Source: Phallusia mammillata
Taxonomy: Eukaryota
Length of the DNA: 64,000 nt
Direction of reading: 5' to 3'
NCBI GenBank assembly: GCA_965637545.1
Contig: OZ281494.1
Coordinates: 28,644,001 to 28,708,000, forward strand
Shown here: piece after piece, positions 26,001 to 39,700 of the stretch
Layout: each line of letters opens with the position of its first letter
Position numbering within the stretch: the stretch's first letter is position 1
Notes under the pieces: model-generated
Databases searched by the model: none
What the model was told of the DNA's origin: nothing
The model's input: the letters and a program-made list of their open reading frames with translations, nothing else
Program-made: the position numbers and the translations under genes

Positions 26001-29000
26001 TGAGGTAATCTTGCGCGAAGCAGTTCAATACAGCGTCTATCAGAACTCATCTGGGAAGCAAAGGAGCAAGATTCGTTTATTGGCGCACAAAGAAAACACA
26101 GCTTGCTTCACACAAAATGCGTCGCGTGGCACCGAATGCAAGAAAGAATGCCTTACAACACAAACTCGAATTCATTTTATCACAGTCAAACGCGCAGACG
26201 CCGATTTTGGAACAAAGCTAGTTTTATGAACTTAAACTAATTATTTCAGCTGTACCGCCAGCCGTAAACTTCTATTTCACAATGGAATTGTAAAGTCACA
26301 TACCCCACTACTTACACAAAAGCGCTCAAAGTTAAAGGACGTGTATTGTCGTTGTACCAACAACTTTGGCTTTAGCGTTGCCTATTAGAAGTCCTTTCAT
26401 GTCACAAGAGCAAATAACCAACGCCTATTGCAAGGGCAACGACTTGTTAATTTTATTGCCGTTGAACTTCACTATACAATTGCCATAATGCTCTAAGTGC
26501 CAAGCTGCTGAAATGACAATGTGCGAGGCAACCAGGCAGCGTAAGTAAGACATATACACAGTAGGTACCAATGAAAGTCCCTCATTTTAATGAAGCTAAT
26601 GAAACATATGCACAGTAAACTTTTAATCAGTGATTTTGCAGGTAAATCAATGTTCTTTGGTTTATGCGCGAGATTTTGGTGTAAAACTTGCAGTTGCATA
26701 TAGAGTTGGAATATTGCTTTAACTTTTTGTTTTTGATAGAGAATTTGCCTTTACAAATTACTGCACCTCACTGATGGCCAATCGGCAGCTTTACTGTAAA
26801 CTTTTCATCGAATTATCTTCAAAATATTTAGTTCGGTGTCAAATCACAGTATTTTTCAATGGAAAAGTTTTCAAAAAAGGGAACGTGTTATTCAATCCAT
26901 CTTTGCCTAGTTTAGTGCTGGAACGTCTAAAATTTGAAATCAAAAACACAAGTCGAGATTAAATCCAACGAAAACCATATTTTAAACATGGTAACGTTTC
27001 AAAAGCGCCACTTAACGGTTTTTATATTTTTGGTATCTGGTCGCGTCTGCAAACAACAGCTGGAGATTCATATACATCGTCCCTTCGCGACGCAAGAACA
27101 GGTGAACGCATTTTGTGTTCATGTCTGGCGACGACTCGGGGTAAAGTACGTGAGGCGAGCAGCAAAGTATGACCTGTAGCCTTTTTCGAGTTCAACGCCG
27201 TGCTAGAAACAACAAAACGGTTCTTTGAAGATTAAAAAGTGTGTCATACCTTAATGCAGTGGTTTTCTATGTGGTAGCCTATAGGGTCCAATGGGTACAG
27301 CGAAAAGCGTTTGGCTTCACTGTATACTGGTTCCAGTTCACCAGTTTGACGCTGAACTAGGCGAGTGCGTAGAAACCCGCAGGTTCAAATGCCGAAATGA
27401 CATTTTGGGATTGTATTTCATAATGGAAATGGCGGTGAAAGGTCAAAAGATTATTAAAATGTTAATGTATTTAAACTGCACCTGGTCTATTTTGCAAAAC
27501 TTTTAGGCCCGATACATTACAGTAAAAACTGACGCAAAATATTGCTAGTGCGGCTTTTATTGTTATAGTTTAAATAATATATATTTGAGTGGACATATGT
27601 TTCACCGTTTTGTTTCCTGTGAGTACTTTGAGCACCACTTCATCAAACGGCTGATCTGTGAGGTATTCTTGCGCGAAGCAAACTCGCAGTTCAATACAGC
27701 GTCTATCAGAACTTATCTGGGAAGCAAAGGGGCAAGATTCGTTTATTGGCGCACAAAGAAAACACAGCTTGCTTCACACAAAATGCGTCGCGTGGCATCG
27801 AATGCAAGAAAGAATGCCTTACAACACAAACTCGAATTCATTTTATCACAGTCAAACGCGCAGACGCCGATTTTGGAACAAAGTTAGTTTTATGAACTTA
27901 AACTAATTATTTCAGCTATACCGCCAGCCGTAAACTTCTATTTCACAATGGAATTGTAAAGTCACATACCCCACTACTTACACAAAAGCGCTCAATGTTA
28001 AAGGACGTGTATTGTCGTTGTACCAACAACTTTGGCTTTAGCGTTGCCTATTAGAAGTCCTTTCATGTCACAAGAGCAAATAACCAACGCCTATTGCAAG
28101 GGCAACGACTTGTTAATTTTATTGCCGTTGAACTTCACTATACAATTGCCATAATGTTCTAAGTGCCAAGCTGCTGAAATGACAATGTGCGAGGCAACCA
28201 GGCAGCGTAAGTAAGACATATACACAGTAGGTACCAATGAAAGTCCCTCATTTTAATGAAGCTAATGAAACATATGCACAGTAAACTTTTAATCAGTGAT
28301 TTTGCAGGTAAATCAATGTTCTTTGGTTTATACGCGAGATTTTGGTGTAAAACTTGCAGTTGCATATAGAGTTGGAATATTGCTTTAACTTTTTGTTTTT
28401 GATAGAGAATTTGCCTTTACAAATTACTGGACCTCACTGATGGCCAATCGGCAGCTTTACTGTAAACTTTTCATCGAATTATCTTCAAAATATTTAGTTC
28501 GGTGTCAAATCACAGTATTTTTCAATGGAAAAGTTTTCAAAAAAGGGAACGTGTTATTCAATCCATCTTTGCCTAGTTTAGTGCTGGAACGTCTAAAATT
28601 TGAAATCAAAAACACAAGTCGAGATTAAATCCAACGAAAACCATATTTTAAACATGGAAACGTTTCAAAAGCGCCACCTAACGGTTTTTATATTTTTGGT
28701 ATCTGGTCGCGTCTGCAAACAACAGCTGGAGATTCATATACATCGTCCCTTCGCGACGCAAGAACAGTTGAACGCATTTTGTGTTCATGTCTGGCGACGA
28801 CTCGGGGTAAAGTACGTGAGGCGAGCAGCAAAGTATGACCTGTAGCCTTTTTCGAGTTCAACGCCGTGCTAGAAACAACAAAACGGTTCTTTGAAGATTA
28901 AAAAGTGTGTCATACCTTAATGCAGTGGTTTTCTATGTGGTAGCCTAGGGTCCAATGGGTACAGCGAAAAGCGTTTGGCTTCACTGTATACTGGTTCCAG

Positions 29001-30189
29001 TTCACCAGTTTGACGCTGAACTAGGCAAGTGCGTAGAAACCCGCAGGTTCAAATGCCGAAATGACATTTTGGGATTGTATTTCATAATGGAAATGGCGGT
29101 GAAAGGTCAAAAGATTATTAAAATGTTAATGTATTTAAACTGCACCTGGTCTATTTTGCAAAACTTTTAGGCCCGATACATTACAGTAAAAACTGACGCA
29201 AAATATTGCTAGTGCGGCTTTTATTGTTATAGTTTAAATAATATATATTTAAGTGGACATATGTTTCACCGTTTTGTTTCCTGTGAGTACTTTGGGCACC
29301 ACTTCATCAAACGGCTGATCTGTGAGGTAATCTTGCGCGAAGCAAACTCGCAGTTCAATACAGCGTCTATCAGAACTTATCTGGGAAGCAAACCCAATCA
29401 GAATTTTTGTCCGAATTATACCCGATCATGTTTGAACTCTATTGGGTTTTCTCCGATTATCGTTGACAAATCATCTCAACGATAATAAGTGCATAATCTA
29501 TGCATGTATTTTCTACGATCGTCATATATGATCAAGTTTTTTAATTGCAAAGTTAATAAACACATGATCTCACCATATAATTCTATGATCACCCATCTGA
29601 CGTAAGTTTGCAATTTTGACCAGAGTAGGCTACATTTTTAAATTGCTACCCCCGTTTTTTTTATCCCCTTGCAATAAACATCAGAAGGATTTGCACTAAA
29701 CGAAGTATAAATCAGATATAAAGTAATAATCAAGAATTACTTCGATTAAAGATCCTATTGACCCATAAAATAAAAGTTTGGATTATGATATTAGATTGTA
29801 CATTTTTGACCATGTGGCAACTGGTGAGCCAATCTTGTAAATTACTTGTTTAGCGCGTTTTTGCGTCACGTGACTTGTTTTAGCCAATAAGTGCCTTTAA
29901 TCGTTATCTCGGTCACGCTTGACAAACGCGTTCTGAAAGAAAAGTTAAGGCGGGCGACAGGATGCCGACCAAGAAAGGTAAGACTTGTTTGTTTGGACAT
30001 TAAATATTGCTATTTTAATAAAAAAAGTGTTGTTGCCAGTCATGTTTTATAAACCTTTCCTTTTGCTTAACATGCAGTGTTGTCAGTGTTATGTGTGTTG
30101 TAGGTTTATGCCACAGCTTGCAAACCTTAAACAAACTGCTTTGTGTGTGTATATAGCTCTATGCATGTAAAATGCCTGGAACTTTTTTT

Positions 30190-31161
30190 AAGCCGTACAG
30201 TGACTTATCACAAAAGCAGAAATCGCTTTGTCGAAAAAATGCACGGCAGTTGGGTGAGACTACATGCAGCGATAACAGTTTGGGACTAGGTCACAAACTG
30301 TAAGTTTATATATTCCTAATTCAAATTTGCCTGTGTCTGCACTAATTATACCTTCAAATAATGAAATCGAAAATTCAGCAGCTGGGAAAAATCATGCACA
30401 AGATGTAGAACAAAGGCCATTGACAGTAACTGAATTAATAACTGATTGGGCTTTATTACAAGTTAATGTACCTAAAGCTGTAGTCACAGCACTTTTAAAA
30501 TCACTGCAACACGTCCATGGTAACCTTCCTTGCAGCTATAAAACTTTAATTATCAGGATGGATTCATGTCTTACAATGTGCACAGTTAAATCCACATGCC
30601 AGATGATTGTTATCTCTTTGGTTCTTTAGAGCTAATAAATTGTTTTCCTTTTGAGAGCTATTTGGGTATTTTAAAACAATGTGTACATTCTGGTTACAAG
30701 CCTTTTGAGCAAGTGGGGACACATGCCTACAACCAAAATGAAAATATTGTAATATCAATCAACAAAGAAGTTTTATCTTTGCCTCCTGGTTGTGTTTTTA
30801 AATGCAATGTAAATGGCTTATCATTGCCTGGGTTTGAAAGAACCGATGTACGGCATTATAAAGGAGCAAGGTTGCTTAATGGTTGTACTATTTCTGTTTC
30901 AAATGTTGCAGATTCCACGATGGATCTGTTATTGCTGAAGTAAATGATATTTTTACATTCAATTCAGACAAGTATTTTGTGGTAAAAAATTACTTAAAAA
31001 TGAAACAACTGTTTGAAACACCTGTTTCATCTTTTACTGTTGGCATTTTTGTTGTTTGTGACTTGGAAAGTGATTATTGTCTTGTGCCATTTGTATTTTT
31101 GCTTGCAATTGTCAACAATATTCTCTAATTCACCAATATGGTGTATATATATCTTCCTGTA
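30190..31161 (+). pseudogene. Internally deleted EnSpm-type transposase
   Basis: N-terminal LITDWALLQVNVPKAVVTALLKSL...LPCSYKTL fused directly to C-terminal FMSYNVHS*IHMPDDCYLFGSLELINCFPFESYLGILKQCVHSGYKPFEQV. Catalytic core absent; stop codon and frameshifts present. Confidence 0.8.
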
Positions 31162-31273
31162 AATATTTTTAATTTTTGCTTTAAATAACACTTTTAACTA
31201 TTACATTGAACAACATCCTTTGTGTGGCCTTGAGGTGTACGTGTTCGCTACATAATTTGTTCATGTTTATTAG

Positions 31274-32538
31274 ATTCCTATGATCAATGCTTAAAAAAGG
31301 CTTACACTGCTGAGGAGCTTAGTGACTCCTCCGAAGATGATGGCAGCACCAGTACAGAAATACCTACACTACAGTGGGAGAATGCTATTGCTCCAAAAAG
31401 GTATGTTTAGTGGGTAGAATACAAACAATGTTTAAAGTACATTGCAAATTTAACGCTTGTTTTTCAGGATATTTTTATCTCCTCAACATCCAGCACCAAG
31501 AAAAAAGGCAAAGATAGATGACCTAACTAATCTGAGCAACATTTGTTCGGAGTTGAACATTATCAGAACGGATGTTGCTAATGTTTTGAATGCTGTAAAA
31601 TCCATCAAAGTCATGATTGAAGATACTCTTGCCTATATCAAAAGTTTAAAACAAGTAGAACACCAAAAGGAAACTACATGGACAGCATTTCAACCAGCTT
31701 CATCAGAAGAGGAACTGAGTCGAATTCTGAATAACTTTCAAGTAAAGATGGTGTTTTATTTTCAAAATGTTTTTAAACATAATGTTCCAGTAGAATTTAT
31801 AATGTTTTCAAGTAGAATTTATTGGTCAGTGTTATTTGTTAAGTACTTCTTATATTTACAGGATTTTCAAAATATAGGAAGAAAAATTGATCACGAAATG
31901 CTGCGTTCAACTGTGAGAGCATTTATGAGGTGCTTCATGACAAGGCCCTTGGCTATGACCTACTCATGGTCTGGACTTGGTAGTCAAAGAAAAGCAACTA
32001 AGAAACCATTTAGTGGTTCTCAATTGGATGATGTCCTTCGAAGTAAGTTATATTTCATTACACTCAACTCAACACCTGTGGCATTGCAGGTGATTCCTAG
32101 TAAGGTTATGAAAAAGGTTTTGGGGTAATGACCAATATTTGTATATCTGTTAATCACTGATGCCTAATCTATTTGCAATGGAGAAATAAAATAAGTATAT
32201 CAAAATTTATAGCTGGTAAAGGATTTTTTCAGTTTATCATGTACCCATGAGGTCCACAAACCACAGTTTGGCATTTCTTGGTTTAAAGCGCCCAACAGTG
32301 TTGCAACTTTATTGACATTTTTCCTTGTTTAGAGTGTCTGCAATTCACAAGCCATAAATCAGCAAGCGGTCAAGAGGTTGTCAATGACATCAAGACAGTA
32401 TTGTCTGGTGCTGCTGACTGGGATGGCGGCAGAAATTTAAGAAAAGGCCAAAAGGCCAACAAAACATGTGAAGGTGCAGATGTTTCATCTGATGATACCA
32501 TAAAATACGTTTCATCAGAAGATACAGATTCTGATTGA
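31274..32538 (+). CDS. Accessory (DUF4806-like, TnpA-like) gene of the EnSpm element
   Basis: Open phase-compatible exons 31274-31400, 31468-31741, 31862-32042 (TVRAFMRCFMTRPLAMTYSWSG...KKPFS), 32333-32538 (AADWDGGR...*). 5' exon uncertain. Confidence 0.7.
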
Positions 32539-35500
32539 GTGCACAATGCACTTGTTAGTTGCAGACCTATTTCGTTATAATACCTTCGTTATCTTGCACA
32601 TGTACTTTTTAGGCCTTTGCAAAAGTCGTGATTTTTGTTGTTTCATTTGACTGGTATAATGTGAAATAAACGTTTATAGACAATATTACAAGTCTTGATT
32701 ATGTGTGGATTATGACAGATATGCGGGTATTACCAATGGGCATCATGCTTTTTACAAGCATGATGACAAACATGATTCATCCAAGAAAATCTATCTATGG
32801 CCGATGTTACATTTGCGTGCACAATCGGGGATAATAACAATGGGCAATATAGGACATGTCTAGCGTATTATCATACATGAAATCGTGATAACTTTGCTTT
32901 GATCGGACATAATTTTTCTGATTGGGAAGGGGCAAGATTCGTTTATTGGCGCACAAAGAAAACACAGCTTGCTTCACACAAAATGCGTCGCGTGGCATCG
33001 AATGCAAGAAAGAATATGCCTTACAACACACACTCGAATTCATTTTATCACAGTCAAACGCGCAGACGCCGATTTTGGAACAAAGTTAGTTTTATGAACT
33101 TAAACTAATTATTTCAGCTATACCGCCAGCCGTAAACTTCTATTTCACAATGGAATTGTAAAGTCACATACCCCACTACTTACACAAAAGCGCTCAATGT
33201 TAAAGGACGTGTATTGTCTTTGTACCAACAACTTTGGCTTTAGCGTTGCCTTTTATAAGTCCTTTCATGTCACAAGAGCAAATAACCAACACCTATTGCA
33301 AGGGCAACGACTTGTTAATTTTATTGCCGTTGAACTTCACTATACAATTGCCATAATGTTCTAAGTGCCAAGCTGCTGAAATGACAATATGCGAGGCAAC
33401 CAGGCAGCGTAAGTAAGACATATACACAGTAGGTACCAATGAAAGTCCCTCATTTTAATGAAGCTAATGAAACATATACACAGTAAACTTTTAATCAGTG
33501 ATTTTGCAGGTAAATCAATGTTCTTTGGTTTATGCGCGAGATTTTTGGTGCAAAACTTACAGTTGCATATAGAGTTGGAATATTGCTTTAACTTTTTGTT
33601 TTTGATAGAGAATTTGCCTTTACAAATTACTGGACCTCACTGATGGCCAATCGGCAGCTTTACTGTAAACTTTTCATCGAATTATCTTCAAAATATTTAG
33701 TTCGGTGTCAAATCACAGTATTTTTCAATGGAAAAGTTTTCAAAAAAGGGAACGTGTTATTCAATCCATCTTTGCCTAGTTTAGTGCTGGAACGTCTAAA
33801 ATTTGAAATCAAAAACACAAGTCGAGATTAAATCCAACGAAAACCATATTTTAAACATGGTAACGTTTCAAACGCGCCACCTAACGGTTTTTTTATTTTT
33901 GGTATCTGGTCGCGTCTGCAAACAACAGCTGGAGATTCATATACATCGTCTCTTCGCGACGCAAGAACAGGTGAACGCATTTTGTGTTCATGTCTGGCGA
34001 CGACTCGGGGTAAAGTACGTGAGGCGAGCAGCAAAGTATGACCTGTAGCCTTTTTCGAGTTCAACGCCGTGCTAGAAACAACAAAACGGTTCTTTGAAGA
34101 TTAAAAAGTGTGTCATACCTTAATGCAGTGGTTTTCTATGTGGTAGCCTAGGGTCCAATGGGTACAGCGAAAAGCGTTTGGCTTCACTGTATACTGGTTC
34201 CGGTTCACCAGTTTGACGCTGAACTAGGCGAGTGCGTAGAAACCCGCAGGTTCAAATGCCGAAATGACATTTTGGGATTGTATTTCATAATGGAAATGGC
34301 GGTGAAAGGTCAAAAGATTATTAAAATGTTAATGTATTTAAACTGCACCTGGTCTATTTTGCAAAACTTTTAGGCCCGATACATTACAGTAAAAACTGAC
34401 GCAAAATAATGCTAGTGCGGCTTTTATTGTTATAGTTTAAATAATATATATTTGAGTGGACATATGTTTCACCGTTTTGTTTCCTGTGAGTACTTTGAGC
34501 ACCACTTCATCAAACGGCTGATCTGTGAGGTAATCTTGCGCGAAGCAAACTCGCAGTTCAATACAGCGTCTATCAGAACTTATCTGGGAAGCAAAGGGGC
34601 AAGATTCGTTTATTGGTGCACAAAGAAAACACAGCTTGCTTCACACAAAATGCGTCGCGTGGCATCGAATGCAAGAAAGAATGCCTTACAACACAAACTC
34701 GAATTCATTTTATCACAGTCAAACGCGCAGACGCCGATTTTGGAACAAAGCTAGTTTTATGAACTTAAACTAATTATTTCAGCTATACCGCCAGCCGTAA
34801 ACTTCTATTTCACAATGGAATTGTAAAGTCATATACCCCACTACTTACACAAAAGCGCTCAATGTTAAAGGACGTGTATTGTCGTTGTACCAACAACTTT
34901 GGCTTTAGCGTTGCCTTTTATAAGTCCTTTCATGTCACAAGAGCAAATAACCAACGCCTATTGCAAGGGCAACGACTTGTTAATTTTATTGCCGTTGAAC
35001 TTCACTATACAATTGCCATAATGCTCTAAGTGCCAAGCTGCTGAAATCACAATATGCGAGGCAACTAGGCAGCGTAAGTAAGACATATACACAGTAGGTA
35101 CCAATGAAAGTCCCTCATTTTAATGAAGCTAATGAAACATATGCACAGTAAACTTTTAATCAGTGATTTTGCAGGTAAATCAATGTTCTTTGGTTTATGC
35201 GCGAGATTTTTGGTGCAAAACTTGCAGTTGCATATAGAGTTGGAATATTGCTTTAACTTTTTGTTTTTGATAGAGAATTTGCCTTTACAAATTACTGCAC
35301 CTCACTGATGGCCAATCGGCAGCTTTACTGTAAACTTTTCATCGAATTATCTTCAAAATATTTAGTTCGGTGTCAAATCACAGTATTTTTCAATGGAAAA
35401 GTTTTCAAAAAGGGAACGTGTTATTCAATCCATCTTTGCCTAGTTTAGTGCTGGAACGTCTAAAATTTGAAATCAAAAACACAAGTCGAGATTAAATCCA

Positions 35501-36799
35501 ACGAAAACCATATTTTAAACATGGTAACGTTTCAAAAGCGCCACCTAACGGTGTTTATATTTTTGGTATCTGGTCGCGTCTGCAAACAACAGCTGGAGAT
35601 TCATATACATCGTCCCTTCGCGTTGCGAGATCAGGAGAACGCATTTTGTGTTCATGTCTGGCGACGACACGGGGTGAAGTACGTGAGGCGAGCAGCAAAG
35701 TATGACCTGTGGCCTTTTTCGAGGTCAACGCCGTGCTAGAAACAACAAAACGGTTCTTTAAAGATTAAAAAGTATGTCATACCTTAATGCAGTGGTTTTT
35801 TATGTGGTAGCCTAGGGTCCAATGGGTACAGCGAAAAGCGTTTGGCTTCACCGTATAGACGCAACATCACAAATTTTTAATTTAAATTACAGTTTTAAAG
35901 ATTTAAATCAGTGATTTGAAACCGGCCCGGGGTACTAAACTTAAGGGCACAGACGACACATAGTGTAAAAAAATTGCAAAACGTTGTTGAATGTTTTATT
36001 TAAAGCAATACAGCTAGCTTGTTTTGCTTTGAAATAAAATATTAAAGCCCGGTACAATTTGTTTATATCCAGGATCTAAGGCCTTAACATATGATGTAAA
36101 TATACTTCGTACCTCAAGGAAACAATTGGTTTTGTTTATCATAATGTATTAGTTTTAATCAACGCCATGGCAGATAAAGTTAGTTAACAGCGTGAAACAT
36201 AGTCGAAAAATTAATTGGGGGTCTTTGTAATTAAGTAACATCATACAAAATTGCAACAAGATATCCAGAGTTAAATTGTAAGTTAAAGTCTCCTCATTGA
36301 ACTTTTTTATAATTTTTCATAAACGGAGTGACATTTTCGTAAAATATAATTAAGTTATTAAGATGAATTAAACAAACAATTTGATAACATTTGGTTAACA
36401 ATAGCTTGCGTAGTTGAGAAAAAAATATTTTCGTGAAAAATTGTTAAGCAGTGGATTAGTGTTCCGAAGCATGGAAATAAACAAGCGTACGTAATTTTTT
36501 TTTAATTAAGCATAGTTAACTTGTTAAAAAAATGCGCAGGGTCAAATAAAAAATAATTCAGTTTATTAAAAAAATCAGTAGTAAAAAGGTATTCAAAAAG
36601 GTGATCAAACAACATTCAGAACTCATTTTTGGCATTTCATTGCTTTTTACCATATTGTTTGTCGTAGAATGCTTTCAAAGACACGTTTGCTCCATTAACA
36701 AAGCGACACGTTTGACAAGCAGAATGGTTATTGCAATAAATGAAACAGTGACCCAAGAAATTAAATACTTTGTGGACAGGCGTGCATTGCATTGTGGGA

Positions 36800-39700
36800 C
36801 TAAATTACGGCCAATCGCAGCCACGCACGCGGCGCGCATGCACTAGACTTACTGTTTCCGGTTCTACTTCCACGACAATCGACTAACAGTCGCCTATAAA
36901 CAAGGGGAGCAATAAAACAAAACACACCAGCAGCATGCTGCCAAAGAACTTAAAGCCAAGGAAGCTTAAACTCTAAACCGCACAGTGGCACAAGAGAGCT
37001 TACCGGACATCGTTGCTGTGCAGGAGGCCGCTACATCTTAAGTTTTCCCTTACATCCGGCATGAGAGCCACCATAATAATAGGTTGAAAACAGGGGTGCA
37101 GATATTGCGACATGAGCATAAACATCTTTGCCTGCACGCCAAAATACAAGAACGCCGAATATATAATTTCTGTAATTGGGTAAAAACTGTAGTGTGGGTG
37201 GAGTCATATAAAAGTGGGGCTGTCTTTAATTAACAGAGATATTATTCCAGAAAATTTCCTTATGCTACAATGATTTTGCGTTAGGGTCATTGTGATAGAT
37301 GTGCATATATTATTACTGCAATAGAACAAAAAAGAATGGATCAAAAAAACATAAGTTTATGTAGCCACCCCAGAAAGTTTATTTGGATGTAAGTTACTGT
37401 TGACTGCCAATGACTTGCGTCATTTAAGGATAGCTTAACAACTGTAAAATACTTCAAAATCTCAAGTTTTCAAAAAAAAAAGTTCTATTCCAGTTGGTTT
37501 TTGATGTATTCAGGTTACGCATCGACATATCTAGTTAACAGGCTTCAAAAGCAATTTAGAATTATATCGCCTGAATGGGCACAAATCCAATCCTCCCAAA
37601 CATGCATTAGATTATAGACAGTCTTTAAATTTATTCTTACCCTTGGATCAATAGCGATTTGGTTGAGTCGAAACAGAACCCCTACAAAGTAGTACGGACC
37701 CCAGCAAATAAGGAATGATAAAGTTATGAGTGCAGTGACGACTTGCCACATCTTCCTGGCGCGGTCGAGACTCTGACGAGCCAAACTTTTGCGGTTCGTT
37801 TTCGGTCGAAACCCGGCCGACTGCTTTTCCGTGACTGTGAGGCATTAAAAGTTTTTTTGTCAGTTTACTGTAAAGACATATTTTTTCGCACTTGGTTGAT
37901 GTTGGGGTTTATGAATGCAGTGGTTCGCAACCTGTGTGATGTGATGCTATACAACAAGTTGTTTTCAAAAACGGAAAATTTGCCAATGAAATACCAGACA
38001 GGCAATTACAACGCCAACACTTCTCTAAAATAACTGATTTATTCTTAAAAATTTCCGTTTTCAAAAATAATTTCAAAAACTACTCACTTTAAATTTCAAA
38101 AATGATTCTCTTTATATTTATTTTTTTAAATCGAACAAATTTCATCGTTCGAATTAACAAATAAAAAAAATAAAGCATTAATAAAAACGACAGCAAAAAT
38201 TGTCTTTCTTACCTTTGGCACGTTTTGCCATTTTCGCGATTGCCGCCATAATGATGACATAACACACAATGATTGCTAGCATTGGGATAAAGAACGAGAT
38301 CGCCATTGTATAATAGAAGAACACAGTGAGTCCCAGCCTTCCCACTACGTGCATATCTACACACTGGACGATATAGAATTCCTCGCAGTCGCATTTGAAT
38401 ATTCGATGACTATCTTTCACCGAAAAAATGATGCCCTGTTATAAACAAAGCTGGTAAAAAAAATCTGCTGTGATTAGGCATATTGTAAGAAAAATATTTC
38501 GGTTAGTTTCCGGTTAGTTTCATAAAATCCCAAGAGGGACTTCATCGAATGCTGAAACATATATGTAGAAATTCTAACATGCAGCTGTTCAAGTGTTAAA
38601 GTCAGATTTCCAAAACGTTTCATAAGTTCAAAGAAAATTCTTTTGAATTATGTAACCCAAATCTGAATAACACGATAGTTTATTTTTAGTTACAAACATT
38701 ACATAACATTATCTCGTAGATTCATCTGTAAACAAACCATCTGTTCAATCGTAACCATTATAATTCGCTTATTCGGTAAACAAACAACCAAACGTTTGGA
38801 ATAGATTTGATCTATATCGACAGTCATCAATTTTCGTTACCGCTGGAATGGCATTTGCCGTGCTAAAAGTCCAAGCCACAAGCAACAAGACCTTGATGCG
38901 TTTTGTCTGCTGATTGGGTGAACACGGACTAAGCAAGCCAAGAGCCTTATCCACGCCCATAACCTACAGAAAAAGAGGTGCATTAGAGGACAAGAGCACT
39001 TCCTCTAAGGTGAGAAGGGCGTGGCCCACAGCTAAGTAAAGATTGATGTACGTTTATATGTGGTGGTACTTCTGGTGTGATCGAAATGAGATAAGTTTTG
39101 AAAAATATTTCTAAAAAGGGTAGGGCGAGCCACATTAAAAATTGGTGGAATTTTGTGGTCTGGGTAAACTTTTTACTAAGCTTTATAGTTGCAGTCCATA
39201 GAATAGTTGCAGTTACTATAGGCTTAAAAAACTACACCGAATTAACTTTTACAACGGATAAACCTACTACAACGGCAGCTAACGAAACGCGACAAGATCT
39301 GATAGTTGGTAATTTGAGAACTTGATGCAATGCAAAACTGTATGAAATACTGACCACAATAACTGCTGACGATATATACATGCCGAACTGTTTAAACATG
39401 TTGGTGATACGACACATGGCATCACCTCCATACCATTCCATTGTGTAGTTCCAAACCGCGTCTAAATACAAATTAAATGGCAAAATATTAGGGTTCTGAA
39501 AGTACTTCGCAAAGCTAAGTGTTTGGGCAGAGAAATTAAACAGCTTGGACCAAAAGTTTTTCTAATAGCATTTTGTTCTAGTAACTATAATAATGACAAA
39601 ATGCAGGAATGTAATTATATAAAATACCTACACGCCCCAGCAATGTTTTTGTGGCGAAACGGAATTATTGCCAACGAGTAGCTTTCGTTATTGTTTATAT

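Larger units (their letters stand above)
29393..32926 (+). mobile_element. EnSpm/CACTA (CMC) DNA transposon with CCC...GGG ends, non-autonomous
   Basis: Ends CCCAATCAGAA / TTCTGATTGGG with imperfect extension; 2-bp TSD AA (empty site GAAGCAAAGGGGC visible in units 2 and 4); ATGATC-rich subterminal repeats; two internal genes. Confidence 0.88.
25664..35857. repeat. Tandem array of four near-identical units of about 1.66 kb; unit 3 is split by a transposon
   Basis: CTGGTTCC[AG]GTTCACCAG recurs at 25669, 27327, 28991 and 34194 (periods 1658 and 1664). The same short ORFs repeat in the ORF track. The array ends at ...CCGTATA 35857. Confidence 0.95.

Noticed and set aside
25660-35739. Repeated 60-100 aa ORFs in the array (MANRQLYC..., MKSKTQVE..., MGTAKSVW...)
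   Set aside because: They recur only because the DNA is duplicated; frameshifts differ between copies and no domain is recognisable.
25664-35857. Array as a CRISPR, 5S/snRNA/SL/histone cluster or Helitron
   Set aside because: Units are 1.66 kb with no spacers. No 5S, U1, U2, U6, SL or histone signature was recognised, and no convincing TC...hairpin-CTAG ends coincide with the unit boundaries.
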